33,607 nt of DNA from NCBI GenBank assembly GCA_032718475.1, contig JAUCBJ010004887.1:1-33607 (forward strand), in the 5' to 3' direction. The first letter of the stretch is position 1. Every line of letters begins with the position of its first letter. Shown one piece after another: positions 12,768 to 26,307 of this stretch. The position numbers were made by a program, and so were the translations under genes. The DNA comes from Nemertoderma westbladi. Its lineage: Eukaryota; Animalia; Xenacoelomorpha. The notes beneath the pieces were generated by a model that saw only the letters and a program-made list of their open reading frames with translations, ran no database searches and had not been told where the DNA came from.

Positions 12768-12860
12768 GGAGGATCACGTCCTGTCGGTGTCCTAACACCG
12801 TTGTTAGATGATGATGACTTCGGTACAATTAGGTTCCCAACAGAACCAGACCTACAAAAG
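12768..12860 (+). CDS. PPP6R: Internal exon C of the PPP6R/SAPS gene (GGSRPVGVLTPLLDDDDFGTIRFPTEPDLQK)
   Basis: Acceptor cttattttacag|GGA and donor AAG|gtaatt; 93 nt, phase 0-0, open frame. The acidic DDDDF...LQK segment resembles the region after the SAPS domain in PPP6R proteins. Confidence 0.8.
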
Positions 12861-15800
12861 GTAATTCGGTACAATTAGGTTCCCAACAGAACCAGACCTA
12901 CAAAAGGTAATTCGGTACAATTAGGTTCCCAACAGAACCAGACCTACAAAAGGTAATTCGGTACAATTAGGTTCCCAACAGAACCAGACCTACAAAAGGT
13001 AATTCGGTACAATAGGTTCCCAAACAGAACCAGACCTACAAAAGGTAATTCGGTACAATTAGGTTCCCAACAGAACCAGACCTACAAAAGGTAATTCGGT
13101 ACAATTAGGTTCCCAACAGAACCAGACCTACAAAAGGTAATTCGGTACAATTAGGTTACCAACAGAACCAGACGTACAAAAGGTAATTCGGTACAATTAG
13201 GTTCCCAACAGAACCAGACCTACAAAAGGTAATTCGGTACAATTAGGTTCCCAACAGAACCAGACCTACAAAAGGTAATTCGGTACAATTAGGTTCCCAA
13301 CAGAACCAGACCTACAAAAGGTAATTCGGTACAATTAGGTTACCAACAGAACCAGACCTACAAAAGGTAATTCGGTACAATTAGGTTCCCAACAGAACCA
13401 GACCTACAAAAGGTAATTCGGTACAATTAGGTTCCCAACAGAACCAGACCTACAAAAGGTAATTCGGTACAATTAGGTTACCAACAGAACCAGACCTACA
13501 AAAGGTAATTCGGTACAATTAGGTTCCCAACAGAACCAGACCTACAAAAGGTAATTCGGTACAATTAGGTTACCAACAGAACCAGACCTGCAAAAGGTAA
13601 TTCGGTACAATTAGGTTCCCAACAGAACCAGACCTACAAAAGGTAATTCGGTACAATTAGGTTCCCAACAGAACCAGACCTACAAAAGGTAATTCGGTAC
13701 AATTAGGTTCCCAACAGAACCAGACCTACAAAAGGTAATTCGGTACAATTAGGTTCCCAACAGAACCAGACCTACAAAAGGTAATTCGGTACAATTAGGT
13801 TCCCAACAGAACCAGACCTACAAAAGGTAATTCGGTACAATTAGGTTACCAACAGAACCAGACCTACAAAAGGTAATTCGGTACAATTAGGTTCCCAACA
13901 GAACCAGACCTACAAAATGTAATTCGGTACAATTATATAGGTTCCCAACAGAACCAGACCTACAAAAGGTAATTCGGTACAATTAGGTTCCCAACAGAAC
14001 CAGACCTACAAAAGGTAATTCGGTACAATTAGGTTCCCAACAGAACCAGACCTACAAAAGGTAATTCGGTACAATTAGGTTCCCAACAGAACCAGACCTA
14101 CAAAAGGTAATTCGGTACAATTAGGTTCCCAACAGAACCAGACCTACAAAAGGTAATTCGGTACAATTAGGTTCCCAACAGAACCAGACCTACAAAAGGT
14201 AATTCGGTACAATTAGGTTACCAACAGAACCAGACCTACAAAAGGTAATTCGGTACAATTAGGTTCCCAACAGAACCAGACCTACAAAATGTAATTCGGT
14301 ACAATTATATAGGTTCCCAACAGAACCAGACCTACAAAAGGTAATTCGGTACAATTAGGTTCCCAACAGAACCAGACCTACAAAAGGTAATTCGGTACAA
14401 TTAGGTTCCCAACAGAACCAGACCTACAAAAGGTAATTCGGTACAATTAGGTTCCCAACAGAACCAGACCTACAAAAGGTAATTCGGTACAATTAGGTTT
14501 TACCAACAGAACCAGACCTACAAAAGGTAATTCGGTACAATTAGGTTACCAACAGAACCAGACCTACAAAAGGTAATTCGGTACAATTAGGTTCCCAACA
14601 GAACCAGACCTACAAAAGGTAATTCGGTACAATTAGGTTACCAACAGAACCAGACCTACAAAAGGTAATTCGGTACAATTAGGTTCCCAACAGAACCAGA
14701 CCTACAAAATGTAATTCGGTACAATTATATAGGTTCCCAACAGAACCAGACCTACAAAAGGTAATTCGGTACAATTAGGTTACCAACAGAACCAGACATA
14801 CAAAAGGTAATTCGGTACAATTAGGTTCCCAACAGAACCAGACCTACAAAAGGTAATTCGGTACAATTAGGTTACCAACAGAACCAGACCTACAAAAGGT
14901 AATTCGGTACAATTAGGTTCCCAACAGAACCAGACCTACAAAAGGTAATTCGGTACAATTAGGTTCCCAACAGAACCAGACCTACAAAAGGTAATTCGGT
15001 ACAATTAGGTTACCAACAGAACCAGACCTACAAAAGGTAATTCGGTACAATTAGGTTCCCAACATAACCAGACCTACAAAAGTTAATTCGGTACAATTAG
15101 GTTTTACCAACAGAACCAGACCTACAAAAGGTAATTCGGTACAATTAGGTTCCCAACAGAACCAGACCTACAAAAGGTAATTCGGTACAATTAGGTTCCC
15201 AACAGAACCAGACCTACAAAAGGTAATTCGGTACAATTAGGTTACCAACAGAACCAGACCTACAAAAGGTAATTCGGTACAATTAGGTTCCCAACAGAAC
15301 CAGACCTACAAAAGGTAATTCGGTACAATTAGGTTCCCAACAGAACCAGACCTACAAAAGGTAATTCGGTACAATTAGGTTCCCAACAGAACCAGACCTA
15401 CAAAAGGTAATTCGGTACAATTAGGTTACCAACAGAACCAGACCTACAAAAGGTAATTCGGTACAATTAGGTTCCCAACAGAACCAGACCTACAAAATGT
15501 AATTCGGTACAATTAGGTTACCAACAGAACCAGACCTACAAAAGCTGAAAAGGTAATTCGGTACAATTAGGTTCCCAACAGAACCAGACCTACAAAAGGT
15601 AATTCGGTACAATTAGGTTACCAACAGAACCAGACCTACAAAAGGTAATTCGGTACAATTAGGTTCCCAACAGAACCAGACCTACAAAAGGTAATTCGGT
15701 ACAATTAGGTTCCCAACATAACCAGACCTACAAAAGGTAATTCGGTACAATTAGGTTCCCAACAGAACCAGACCTACAAAAGGTAATTCGGTACAATTAG

Positions 15801-18800
15801 GTTCCCAACAGAACCAGACCTACAAAAGGTAATTCGGTACAATTAGGTTCCCAACAGAACCAGACCTACAAAAGGTAATTCGGTACAATTAGGTTCCCAA
15901 CAGAACCAGACCTACAAAATGTAATTCGGTACAATTAGGTTACCAACAGAACCAGACCTACAAAAGCTGAAAAGGTAATTCGGTACAATTAGGTTCCCAA
16001 CAGAACCAGACCTACAAAAGGTAATTCGGTACAATTAGGTTACCAACAGAACCAGACCTACAAAAGGTAATTCGGTACAATTAGGTTCCCAACAGAACCA
16101 GACCTACAAAAGGTAATTCGGTACAATTAGGTTACCAACAGAACCAGACCTACAAAAGGTAATTCGGTACAATTAGGTTCCCAACAGAACCAGACCTACA
16201 AAAGGTAATTCGGTACAATTAGGTTCCCAACAGAACCAGACCTACAAAAGGTAATTCGGTACAATTAGGTTACCAACAGAACCAGACCTACAAAAGGTAA
16301 TTCGGTACAATTAGGTTCCCAACAGAACCAGACCTACAAAATGTAATTCGGTACAATTAGGTTACCAACAGAACCAGACCTACAAAAGCTGAAAAGGTAA
16401 TTCGGTACAATTAGGTTCCCAACAGAACCAGACCTACAAAAGGTAATTCGGTACAATTAGGTTACCAACAGAACCAGACCTACAAAAGGTAATTCGGTAC
16501 AATTAGGTTCCCAACAGAACCAGACCTACAAAAGGTAATTCGGTACAATTAGGTTACCAACAGAACCAGACCTACAAAAGGTAATTCGGTACAATTAGGT
16601 TCCCAACAGAACCAGACCTACAAAAGGTAATTCGGTACAATTAGGTTCCCAACAGAACGAGACCTACAAAAGGTAATTCGGTACAATTAGGTTACCAACA
16701 GAACCAGACCTACAAAAGGTATATCGGTACAATTAGGTTACCCACAGAACCAGACCTACAAAAGGTAATTCGGTACAATTAGGTTCCCAACAGAACCAGA
16801 CCTACAAAAGGTAATTCGTTACAATTAGGTTCCCAACAGAACCAGACGTACAAAAGGTAATTCGGTACAATTAGGTTCCCAACAGAACCAGACCTACAAA
16901 AGGTAATTCGGTACAATTAGGTTACCAACAGAACCAGACCTACAAAAGGTATATCGGTACAATTAGGTTACCAACAGAACCAGACCTACAAAATGTAATT
17001 CGGTACAATTAGGTTACCAACAGAACCAGACCTACAAAAGGTAATTCGGTACAATTAGGTTACCAACAGAACCAGACCTACAAAATGTAATTCGGTACAA
17101 TTAGGTTACCAACAGAACCAGACCTACAAAAGCTGAAAAGGTAATTCGGTACAATTAGGTTCCCAACAGAACCAGACCTACAAAAGGTAATTCGGTACAA
17201 TTAGGTTACCAACAGAACCAGACCTACAAAAGGTAATTCGGTACAATTAGGTTCCCAACAGAACCAGACCTACAAAAGGTAATTCGGTACAATTAGGTTA
17301 CCAACAGAACCAGACCTACAAAAGGTAATTCGGTACAATTAGGTTCCCAACAGAACCAGACCTACAAAAGGTAATTCGGTACAATTAGGTTCCCAACAGA
17401 ACGAGACCTACAAAAGGTAATTCGGTACAATTAGGTTACCAACAGAACCAGACCTACAAAAGGTATATCGGTACAATTAGGTTACCCACAGAACCAGACC
17501 TACAAAAGGTAATTCGGTACAATTAGGTTCCCAACAGAACCAGACCTACAAAAGGTAATTCGTTACAATTAGGTTCCCAACAGAACCAGACGTACAAAAG
17601 GTAATTCGGTACAATTAGGTTCCCAACAGAACCAGACCTACAAAAGGTAATTCGGTACAATTAGGTTACCAACAGAACCAGACCTACAAAAGGTATATCG
17701 GTACAATTAGGTTACCAACAGAACCAGACCTACAAAAGGTAATTCGGTACAATTAGGTTCCCAACAGAACCAGACCTACAAAAGATAATTCAGTACAATT
17801 AGGTTCCCAACAGAACCAGACCTACAAAAGGTAATTCGGTACAATTAGGTTCCCAACAGAACCAGACCTACAAAAGGTAATTCGGTACAATTAGGTTACC
17901 AACAGAACCAGACCTACAAAAGGTAATTCGGTACAATTAGGTTCCCAACAGAACCAGACCTACAAAATGTAATTCGGTACAATTAGGTTACCAACAGAAC
18001 CAGACCTACAAAAGGTAATTCGGTACAATTAGGTTCCCAACAGAACCAGACCTACAAAAGGTAATTCGGTACAATTAGGTTACCAACAGAACCAGACCTA
18101 CAAAAGGTAATTCGGTACAATTAGGTTCCCAACAGAACCAGACCTACAAAAGGTAATTCGGTACAATTAGGTTCCCAACAGAACCAGACCTACAAAAGGT
18201 AATTCGGTACAATTAGGTTACCAACAGAACCAGACCTACAAAAGGTAATTCGGTACAATTAGGTTCCCAACAGAACCAGACCTACAAAAGGTAATTCGGT
18301 ACAATTAGGTTACCAACAGAACCAGACCTACAAAAGGTATATCGGTACAATTAGGTTACCAACAGAACCAGACCTACAAAAGGTAATTCGGTACAATTAG
18401 GTTCCCAACAGAACCAGACCTACAAAAGGTAATTCGGTACAATTAGGTTCCCAACAGAACCAGACCTACAAAAGGTAATTCGGTATAATTAGGTTACCAA
18501 CAGAACCAGACCTACAAAAGGTATATCGGTACAATTAGGTTACCCACAGAACCAGACCTACAAAAGGTAATTCGGTACAATTAGGTTCCCAACAGAACCA
18601 GACCTACAAAAGGTAATTCGGTACAATTAGGTTCCCAACAGAACCAGACCTACAAAAGGTAATTCGGTACAATTAGGTTACCAACAGAACCAGACCTACA
18701 AAAGGTATATCGGTACAATTAGGTTACCCACAGAACCAGACCTACAAAAGGTAATTCGGTACAATTAGGTTCCCAACAGAACCAGACCTACAAAAGGTAA

Positions 18801-21800
18801 TTCGGTACAATTAGGTTACCAACAGAACCAGACCTACAAAAGGTATATCGGTACAATTAGGTTACCCACAGAACCAGACCTACAAAAGGTAATTCGTTAC
18901 AATTAGGTTCCCAACAGAACAAGACCTACAAAAGATAATTCGGTACAATTAGGTTTTACCAACAGAACCAGACCTACAAAAGGTATATCGGTACAATTAG
19001 GTTACCAACAGAACCAGACCTACAAAAGGTAATTCGGTACAATTAGGTTCCCAACAGAACCAGACCTACAAAAGGTAATTCGGTACAATTAGGTTTTACC
19101 AACAGAACCAGACCTACAAAAGGTAATTCGGTACAATTAGGTTACCAACAGAACCAGACCTACAAAAGGTATATCGGTACAATTAGGTTACCCACAGAAC
19201 CAGACCTACAAAAGGTAATTCGGTACAATTAGGTTTTACCAACAGAACCAGACCTACAAAAGGTAATTCGGTACAATTAGGTTACCAACAGAACCAGACC
19301 TACAAAAGGTATATCGGTACAATTAGGTTACCCACAGAACCAGACCTACAAAAGGTAATTCGGTACAATTAGGTTACCAACAGAACCAGACCTACAAAAG
19401 GTAATTCGGTACAATTAGGTTACCAACAGAACCAGACCTACAAAAGGTAATTCGGTACAATTAGGTTCCCAACAGAACCAGACCTACAAAAGGTAATTCG
19501 GTACAATTAGGTTCCCAACATAACCAGACCTACAAAAGGTAATTCGGTACAATTAGGTTCCCAACAGAACCAGACCTACAAAAGGTAATTCGGTACAATT
19601 AGGTTCCCAACAGAACCAGACCTACAAAAGGTAATTCGGTACAATTAGGTTACCAACAGAACCAGACCTACAAAAGGTAATTCGGTACAATTAGGTTCCC
19701 AACAGAACCAGACCTACAAAATGTAATTCGGTACAATTAGGTTACCAACAGAACCAGACCTACAAAAGCTGAAAAGGTAATTCGGTACAATTAGGTTCCC
19801 AACAGAACCAGACCTACAAAAGGTAATTCGGTACAATTAGGTTACCAACAGAACCAGACCTACAAAAGGTAATTCGGTACAATTAGGTTCCCAACAGAAC
19901 CAGACCTACAAAAGGTAATTCGGTACAATTAGGTTACCAACAGAACCAGACCTACAAAAGGTAATTCGGTACAATTAGGTTCCCAACAGAACCAGACCTA
20001 CAAAAGGTAATTCGGTACAATTAGGTTCCCAACAGAACCAGACCTACAAAAGGTAATTCGGTACAATTAGGTTACCAACAGAACCAGACCTACAAAAGGT
20101 ATATCGGTACAATTAGGTTACCCACAGAACCAGACCTACAAAAGGTAATTCGGTACAATTAGGTTCCCAACAGAACCAGACCTACAAAAGGTAATTCGTT
20201 ACAATTAGGTTCCCAACAGAACCAGACCTACAAAAGGTAATTCAGTACAATTAGGTTCCCAACAGAACCAGACCTACAAAAGGTAATTCGGTACAATTAG
20301 GTTCCCAACAGAACCAGACCTACAAAAGGTAATTCGGTACAATTAGGTTACCAACAGAACCAGACCTACAAAAGGTAATTCGGTACAATTAGGTTCCCAA
20401 CAGAACCAGACCTACAAAAGGTAATTCGGTACAATTAGGTTACCAACAGAACCAGACCTACAAAAGGTAATTCGGTACAATTAGGTTCCCAACAGAACCA
20501 GACCTACAAAAGGTAATTCGGTACAATTAGGTTACCAACAGAACCAGACCTACAAAAGGTAATTCGGTACAATTAGGTTCCCAACAGAACCAGACCTACA
20601 AAAGGTAATTCGGTACAATTAGGTTCCCAACAGAACCAGACCTACAAAAGGTAATTCGGTACAATTAGGTTACCAACAGAACCAGACCTACAAAAGGTAA
20701 TTCGGTACAATTAGGTTCCCAACAGAACCAGACCTACAAAAGGTAATTCGGTACAATTAGGTTACCAACAGAACCAGACCTACAAAAGGTATATCGGTAC
20801 AATTAGGTTACCAACAGAACCAGACCTACAAAAGGTAATTCGGTACAATTAGGTTCCCAACAGAACCAGACCTACAAAAGGTAATTCGGTACAATTAGGT
20901 TCCCAACAGAACCAGACCTACAAAAGGTAATTCGGTACAATTAGGTTACCAACAGAACCAGACCTACAAAAGGTATATCGGTACAATTAGGTTACCCACA
21001 GAACCAGACCTACAAAAGGTAATTCGGTACAATTAGGTTCCCAACAGAACCAGACCTACAAAAGGTAATTCGGTACAATTAGGTTCCCAACAGAACCAGA
21101 CCTACAAAAGGTAATTCGGTACAATTAGGTTACCAACAGAACCAGACCTACAAAAGGTATATCGGTACAATTAGGTTACCCACAGAACCAGACCTACAAA
21201 AGGTAATTCGGTACAATTAGGTTCCCAACAGAACCAGACCTACAAAAGGTAATTCGGTACAATTAGGTTACCAACAGAACCAGACCTACAAAAGGTATAT
21301 CGGTACAATTAGGTTACCCACAGAACCAGACCTACAAAAGGTAATTCGGTACAATTAGGTTCCCAACAGAACCAGACCTACAAAAGATAATTCGGTACAA
21401 TTAGGTTTACCAACAGAACCAGACCTACAAAAGGTATATCGGTACAATTAGGTTACCAACAGAACCAGACCTACAAAAGGTAATTCGGTACAATTAGGTT
21501 CCCAACAGAACCAGACCTACAAAAGGTAATTCGGTACAATTAGGTTTTACCAACAGAACCAGACCTACAAAAGGTAATTCGGTACAATTAGGTTACCAAC
21601 AGAACCAGACCTACAAAAGGTATATCGGTACAATTAGGTTACCCACAGAACCAGACCTACAAAAGGTAATTCGGTACAATTAGGTTTTACCAACAGAACC
21701 AGACCTACAAAAGGTAATTCGGTACAATTAGGTTACCAACAGAACCAGACCTACAAAAGGTATATCGGTACAATTAGGTTACCCACAGAACCAGACCTAC

Positions 21801-24800
21801 AAAAGGTAATTCGGTACAATTAGGTTCCCAACAGAACCAGACCTACAAAAGGTAATTCGGTACAATTAGGTTACCAACAGAACCAGACCTACAAAAGGTA
21901 TATCGGTACAATTAGGTTACCCACAGAACCAGACCTACAAAAGGTAATTCGTTACAATTAGGTTCCCAACAGATCCAGACCTACAAAAGGTAATTCGGTA
22001 CAATTAGGTTACCAACAGAACCAGACCTACAAAAGGTATATCGGTACAATTAGGTTACCAACAGAACCAGACCTACAAAAGGTATATCGGTACAATTAGG
22101 TTACCCACAGAACCAGACCTACAAAAGGTAATTCTTTACAATTAGGTTCCCAACAGAACAAGACCTACAAAAGATAATTCGGTACAATTAGGTTTTACCA
22201 ACAGAACCAGACCTACAAAAGGTATATCGGTACAATTAGGTTACCCACAGAACCAGACCTACAAAAGGTAATTCGTTACAATTAGGTTCCCAACAGAACC
22301 AGACCTACAAAAGGTAATTCGGTACAATTAGGTTACCAACAGAACCAGACCTACAAAAAGGTATATCGGTACAATTAGGTTACCAACAGAACCAGACCTA
22401 CAAAAGGTATATCGGTACAATTAGGTTACCAACAGAACCAGACCTACAAAAGATAATTCGGTACAATTAGGTTTTACCAACAGAACCAGACCTACAAAAG
22501 GTAATTCGGTACAATTAGGTTCCCAACAGAACCAGACCTACAAAAGATAATTCGTTACAATTAGGTTCCCAACAGAACCAGACCTACAAAAGATAATTCG
22601 TTACAATTAGGTTCCCAACAGAACCAGACCTACAAAAGATAATTCGGTACAATTAGGTTTTACCAACAGAACCAGACCTACAAAAGGTAATTCGGTACAA
22701 TTAGGTTCCCAACAGAACCAGACCTACAAAAGGTAATTCGGTACAATTAGGTTCCCAACAGAACCAGACGTACAAAAGGTAATTCGGTACAATTAGGTTA
22801 CCAACAGAACCAGACCTACAAAAGGTAATTCGGTACAATTAGGTTACCCACAGAACCAGACCTACAAAAGGTAATTCGGTACAATTAGGTTCCCAACAGA
22901 ACCAGACCTACAAAAGATAATTCGTTACAATTAGGTTCCCAACAGAACCAGACCTACAAAAGATAATTCGTTACAATTAGGTTCCCAACAGAACCAGACC
23001 TACAAAAGATAATTCGGTACAATTAGGTTTTACCAACAGAACCAGACCTACAAAAGATAATTCGGTACAATTAGGTTTTACCAACAGAACCAGACCTACA
23101 AAAGATAATTCGGTACAATTAGGTTTTACCAACAGAACCAGACCTACAAAAGGTATATCGGTACAATTAGGTTTTACCAACAGAACCAGACCTACAAAAG
23201 GTAATTCGGTACAATTAGGTTCCCAACAGAACCAGACCTACAAAAGGTAATTCGGTACAATTAGGTTCCCAACAGAACCAGACCTACAAAAGGTAATTCG
23301 GTACAATTAGGTTACCAACAGAACCAGACCTACAAAAGGTATATCGGTACAATTAGGTTACCCACAGAACCAGACCTACAAAAGGTAATTCGGTACAATT
23401 AGGTTCCCAACAGAACCAGACCTACAAAAGGTAATTCGTTACAATTAGGTTCCCAACAGAACAAGACCTACAAAAGGTAATTCAGTACAATTAGGTTCCC
23501 AACAGAACCAGACCTACAAAAGGTAATTCGGTACAATTAGGTTCCCAACAGAATCAGACCTACAAAAGGTAATTCGGTACAATTAGGTTACCAACAGAAC
23601 CAGACCTACAAAAGGTAATTCGGTACAATTAGGTTCCCAACAGAACCAGACCTACAAAATGTAATTCGGTACAATTAGGTTACCAACAGAACCAGACCTA
23701 CAAAAGGTAATTCGGTACAATTAGGTTCCCAACAGAACCAGACCTACAAAAGGTAATTCGGTACAATTAGGTTACCAACAGAACCAGACCTACAAAAGGT
23801 AATTCGGTACAATTAGGTTCCCAACAGAACCAGACCTACAAAAGGTAATTCGGTACAATTAGGTTCCCAACAGAACCAGACCTACAAAAGGTAATTCGGT
23901 ACAATTAGGTTACCAACAGAACCAGACCTACAAAAGGTAATTCGGTACAATTAGGTTCCCAACAGAACCAGACCTACAAAAGGTAATTCGGTACAATTAG
24001 GTTACCAACAGAACCAGACCTACAAAAGGTATATCGGTACAATTAGGTTACCAACAGAACCAGACCTACAAAAGGTAATTCGGTACAATTAGGTTCCCAA
24101 CAGAACCAGACCTACAAAAGGTAATTCGGTACAATTAGGTTCCCAACAGAACCAGACCTACAAAAGGTAATTCGGTACAATTAGGTTACCAACAGAACCA
24201 GACCTACAAAAGGTATATCGGTACAATTAGGTTACCCACAGAACCAGACCTACAAAAGGTAATTCGTTACAATTAGGTTCCCAACAGAACCAGACCTACA
24301 AAAGGTAATTCGGTACAATTAGGTTACCAACAGAACCAGACCTACAAAAGGTATATCGGTACAATTAGGTTACCAACAGAACCAGACCTACAAAAGGTAT
24401 ATCGGTACAATTAGGTTACCCACAGAACCAGACCTACAAAAGGTAATTCGTTACAATTAGGTTCCCAACAGAACAAGACCTACAAAAGATAATTCGGTAC
24501 AATTAGGTTTTACCAACAGAACCAGACCTACAAAAGGTATATCGGTACAATTAGGTTACCCACAGAACCAGACCTACAAAAGGTAATTCGTTACAATTAG
24601 GTTCCCAACAGAACCAGACCTACAAAAGGTAATTCGGTACAATTAGGTTACCAACAGAACCAGACCTACAAAAGGTATATCGGTACAATTAGGTTACCCA
24701 CAGAACCAGACCTACAAAAGGTAATTCGGTACAATTAGGTTACCCACAGAACCAGACCTACAAAAGGTAATTCGTTACAATTAGGTTCCCAACAGAACCA

Positions 24801-26100
24801 GACCTACAAAAGATAATTCGGTACAATTAGGTTTTACCAACAGAACCAGACCTACAAAAGGTAATTCGGTACAATTAGGTTTTACCAACAGAACCAGACC
24901 TACAAAAGGTATATCGGTACAATTAGGTTACCAACAGAACCAGACCTACAAAAGGTATATCGGTACAATTAGGTTACCCACAGAACCAGACCTACAAAAG
25001 GTAATTCGTTACAATTAGGTTCCCAACAGAACAAGACCTACAAAAGATAATTCGGTACAATTAGGTTTTACCAACAGAACCAGACCTACAAAAGGTATAT
25101 CGGTACAATTAGGTTACCCACAGAACCAGACCTACAAAAGGTAATTCGTTACAATTAGGTTCCCAACAGAACCAGACCTACAAAAGGTAATTCGGTACAA
25201 TTAGGTTACCAACAGAACCAGACCTACAAAAGGTATATCGGTACAATTAGGTTACCCACAGAACCAGACCTACAAAAGGTAATTCGGTACAATTAGGTTA
25301 CCCACAGAACCAGACCTACAAAAGGTAATTCGTTACAATTAGGTTCCCAACAGAACCAGACCTACAAAAGATAATTCGGTACAATTAGGTTTTACCAACA
25401 GAACCAGACCTACAAAAGGTAATTCGGTACAATTAGGTTCCCAACAGAACCAGACCTACAAAAGGTAATTCGGTACAATTAGGTTTTACCAACAGAACCA
25501 GACCTACAAAAGATAATTCGTTACAATTAGGTTCCCAACAGAACCAGACCTACAAAAGATAATTCGGTACAATTAGGTTTTACCAACAGAACCAGACCTA
25601 CAAAAGATAATTCGGTACAATTAGGTTTTACCAACAGAACCAGACCTACAAAAGATAATTCGGTACAATTAGGTTTTACCAACAGAACCAGACCTACAAA
25701 AGGTATATCGGTACAATTAGGTTTTACCAACAGAACCAGACCTACAAAAGGTAATTCGGTACAATTAGGTTCCCAACAGAACCAGACCTACAAAAGGTAA
25801 TTCGGTACAATTAGGTTCCCAACAGAACCAGACCTACAAAAGGTAATTCGGTACAATTAGGTTCCCGACAGAACCAGACGTACAAAAGGTAATTCGGTAC
25901 AATTAGGTTCCCAACAGAACCAGACCTACAAAAGGTAATTCGGTACAATTAGGTTCCCAACAGAACCAGACCTACAAAATGTAATTCGGTACAATTATAT
26001 AGGTTCCCAACAGAACCAGACCTACAAAAGGTAATTCGGTACAATTAGGTTCCCAACAAAACCAGACCTACAAAAGGTAATTCGGTACAATTAGGTTCCC
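12819..26100 (+). repeat. 46-bp satellite (~290 units, ~13.3 kb) built from the last 42 nt of exon C plus the first 4 intron bases
   Basis: Unit ttcggtacaattaggttcccaacagaaccagacctacaaaaggtaa. Copy 1 (12819-12864) overlaps the coding exon and its donor. The array ends 40 nt before the next acceptor. Confidence 0.97.
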
Positions 26101-26140
26101 ACATAACTCCAATTAAATATTGATTTACGTTTTTTTTCAG

Positions 26141-26184
26141 TTTGATATATCAGCGGATGAGTTTATCCAACAGCAGGAGCGCAG
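26141..26184 (+). CDS. PPP6R: Short internal exon D of the PPP6R/SAPS gene (FDISADEFIQQQER)
   Basis: Strong acceptor (cg + T-run + cag|TTT) and consensus donor CAG|gtaagt. Phase 0 in, matching exon C; phase 2 out; no stop. Confidence 0.7.
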
Positions 26185-26233
26185 GTAAGTGAACGTAATA
26201 GGTAAAATAGTAAAATAGGTAACGTAAATGTAC
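26183..26233 (+). repeat. Degenerate 17-bp triplication of the exon D donor (AGGTAA x3)
   Basis: AG|GTAA with the GT at 26185, 26202 and 26219. Confidence 0.45.
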
Positions 26234-26283
26234 CAAGTGTCTGATTCTGCTACAGTCTCAAACACTGTTGCACTACAGACGGA

Positions 26284-26307
26284 CCCCCCCCCCCCCCCCC
26301 CCCCCCC
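26284..26307. repeat. Poly-C homopolymer (24 C)
   Basis: Read directly; flanked by gacgga and aaccccgtcc. Confidence 0.9.

Noticed and set aside
22977-25730. Two identical 67-aa minus-strand ORFs (22977-23180 and 25527-25730)
   Set aside because: Chance open frames from runs of the 48-bp monomer variant in a duplicated block.
12819-26100. CRISPR array, repeat protein, or series of 18-nt GT-AG micro-introns
   Set aside because: There are no spacers and the consensus unit hits stops. Removing gtaattcggtacaattag leaves 28-nt pieces that do not keep frame, and 18 nt is implausibly short given the gene's other introns.
12861-26140. De novo intron gain by tandem duplication of an AG|GT proto-splice site
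   Set aside because: That model predicts the acceptor is the AG of the last repeat. Here the intron ends in a separate unique polypyrimidine-CAG acceptor, which better fits expansion of an existing intron. An orthologue comparison is needed to exclude it fully.
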